From NCBI GenBank assembly GCA_964016885.1, contig OZ024741.1, positions 402,752,001 to 402,816,000 on the forward strand: a stretch of DNA of 64,000 nt, in the 5' to 3' direction. Below the pieces are notes generated by a model that saw nothing but the letters and a program-made list of their open reading frames with translations, was not told where the DNA came from and did not search any database. Source of the stretch: Eledone cirrhosa (lineage: Eukaryota). This document shows, one piece after another, positions 62,401 through 64,000 of the stretch. Made by a program: the position numbers and the translations under genes. Positions within the stretch are counted from its first letter, which is position 1; the number at the start of each line of letters is the position of its first letter.

Positions 62401-64000
62401 AAAACAATCCCTCCAAAACTGTGGTGTCACATTTAATACAGAGATGTGGGGAGTTAAAAAACAATCCCTCTAAAACTGTGGTGTCACATTTAATACAGAG
62501 ATGTTGGGAGTTAAAAACAATCCCTCCAAAACTGTGGTGTCGCATTTAATACAGAGATGTGGGGAGTTAAAAAACAATCCCTCTAAAACTGTGGTGTCAC
62601 ATTTAATACAGAGATGCTGGGAGTTAAAAACAATCTGTCTAAAATTGTGGTGTCACATTTAATACAGAGATACAGGGAGTTAAAAACAATCCCTCTAAAA
62701 CTGTGGTGTCACATTTAATACAGAGATGTGGGGAGTTAAAAAACAATCCCTCTAAAACTGTGGTGTCACATTTAATACAGAGATGTTGGGAGTTAAAAAA
62801 CAATCACCTCCAAAACTGTGGTGTCACATTTAATACAGAGATGCTGGGAGTTAAAAACAATCCCTCTAAAACTGTGGTGTCACATTTAATACAGAGATGT
62901 TGGGAGTTAAAAACAATCCCTCTAAAACTGTGGTGTCACATTTAATACAGAGATGTGGGGAGTTAAAAACAATCCCTCTAAAACTGTGGTGTCACATTTA
63001 ATACAGAGATGTGGGGAGTTAAAAACAATCCCTCTAAAACTGTGGTGTCACATTTAATACAGAGATGTGGGGAGTTAAAAACAATCCCTCTAAAACTGTG
63101 GTGTCACATTTAATACAGAGATGTTGGGAGTTAAAAACAATCCCTCTAAAACTGTGGTGTCACATTTAATACAGAGATGTGGGGAGTTAAAAACAATCCC
63201 TCTAAAACTGTGGTGTCACATTTAATACAGAGATGTGGGGAGTTAAAAACAATCCCTCTAAAACTGTGGTGTCACATTTAATACAGAGATGCTGGGAGTT
63301 AAAAACAATCCCTCTAAAACTGTGGTGTCACATTTAATACAGAGATGTTGGGAGTTAAAAACAATCCCTCCAAAACTGTGGTGTCACATTTAATACAGAG
63401 ATGTGGGGAGTTAAAAAACAATCCCTCTAAAACTGTGGTGTGACATTTAATACAGAGATGTTGGGAGTTAAAAACAATCCCTCTAAAACTGTGGTGTCAC
63501 ATTTAATACAGAGATGCTGGGAGTTAAAAACAATCCCTCTAAAACTCTGGTGTCACATTTAATACAGAGATGTTGGGAGTTAAAAACAATCCCTCCAAAA
63601 CTGTGGTGTCACATTTAATACAGAGATGTGGGGAGTTAAAAAACAATCCCTCTAAAACTGTGGTGTCACATTTAATACAGAGATGTTGGGAGTTAAAAAC
63701 AATCCCTCCAAAACTGTGGTGTCACATTTAATACAGAGATGTGGGGAGTTAAAAAACAATCCCTCTAAAACTGTGGTGTCACATTTAATACAGAGATGCT
63801 GGGAGTTAAAAACAATCCGTCTAAAATTGTGGTGTCACATTTAATACAGAGATACTGGGAGTTAAAACAATCCCTCTAAAACTGTGGTGTCACATTTAAT
63901 ACAGAGATGTTGGGAGTTAAAAACAATCCCTCTAAAACTGTGGTGTCACATTTAATGCAGAGATGTTGGGAGTTAAAAAACAATCACCTCCAATACTGTG
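32499..64000. repeat. 56-bp tandem satellite, about 560 monomers, runs off the window end
   Basis: Consensus GAGTTAAAAACAATCCCTCTAAAACTGTGGTGTCACATTTAATACAGAGATGTGGG, with variants TGTTGG/TGCTGG, A5/A6, CCCTCC, CCGTCT and CCCGCT. No insertions seen. Confidence 0.98.

Noticed and set aside
37059-62945. Short ORFs within the satellite (GVKNNPSKTVVSHLIQRC...)
   Set aside because: They are chance products of A5/A6 length variants and recur with the array duplications.
32499-64000. CRISPR array: the minus strand of the monomer contains GTTTTAGAG..., resembling type II-A repeats
   Set aside because: There are no unique spacers, the whole 56-bp unit repeats, no cas genes are present, and the context is eukaryotic.

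Overview
Eukaryotic, repeat-saturated window with no recognisable host gene. The microsatellite and SINE content suggests a cephalopod (octopus-like) genome, which is an inference. The first half (1-32.5 kb) is a nest of transposable elements in (TA)n/(TATG)n/(CAT)n microsatellites. It holds two head-to-tail, near-identical Tx1/L1-clade LINEs, an R4-like RLE LINE fragment, a decayed mariner with TIRs, a young 5'-truncated RTE LINE with a PHD-like finger inserted in its RT, and a tRNA/CORE-type SINE that shares that LINE's 3' tail. It also holds a second SINE family, CR1 and Rex3-like remnants, two Naiad-type Penelope-like elements, and at least three families of short (TA)n-embedded modules carrying atypical hammerhead ribozyme folds (a U3-A8 core variant and very long stem II variants). 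A degenerate HDV-like ribozyme candidate heads a non-autonomous RTE derivative. The second half (32.5-64 kb) is one uninterrupted 56-bp satellite (about 560 monomers) with multi-kb higher-order duplications. All alignments and folds were done by eye.
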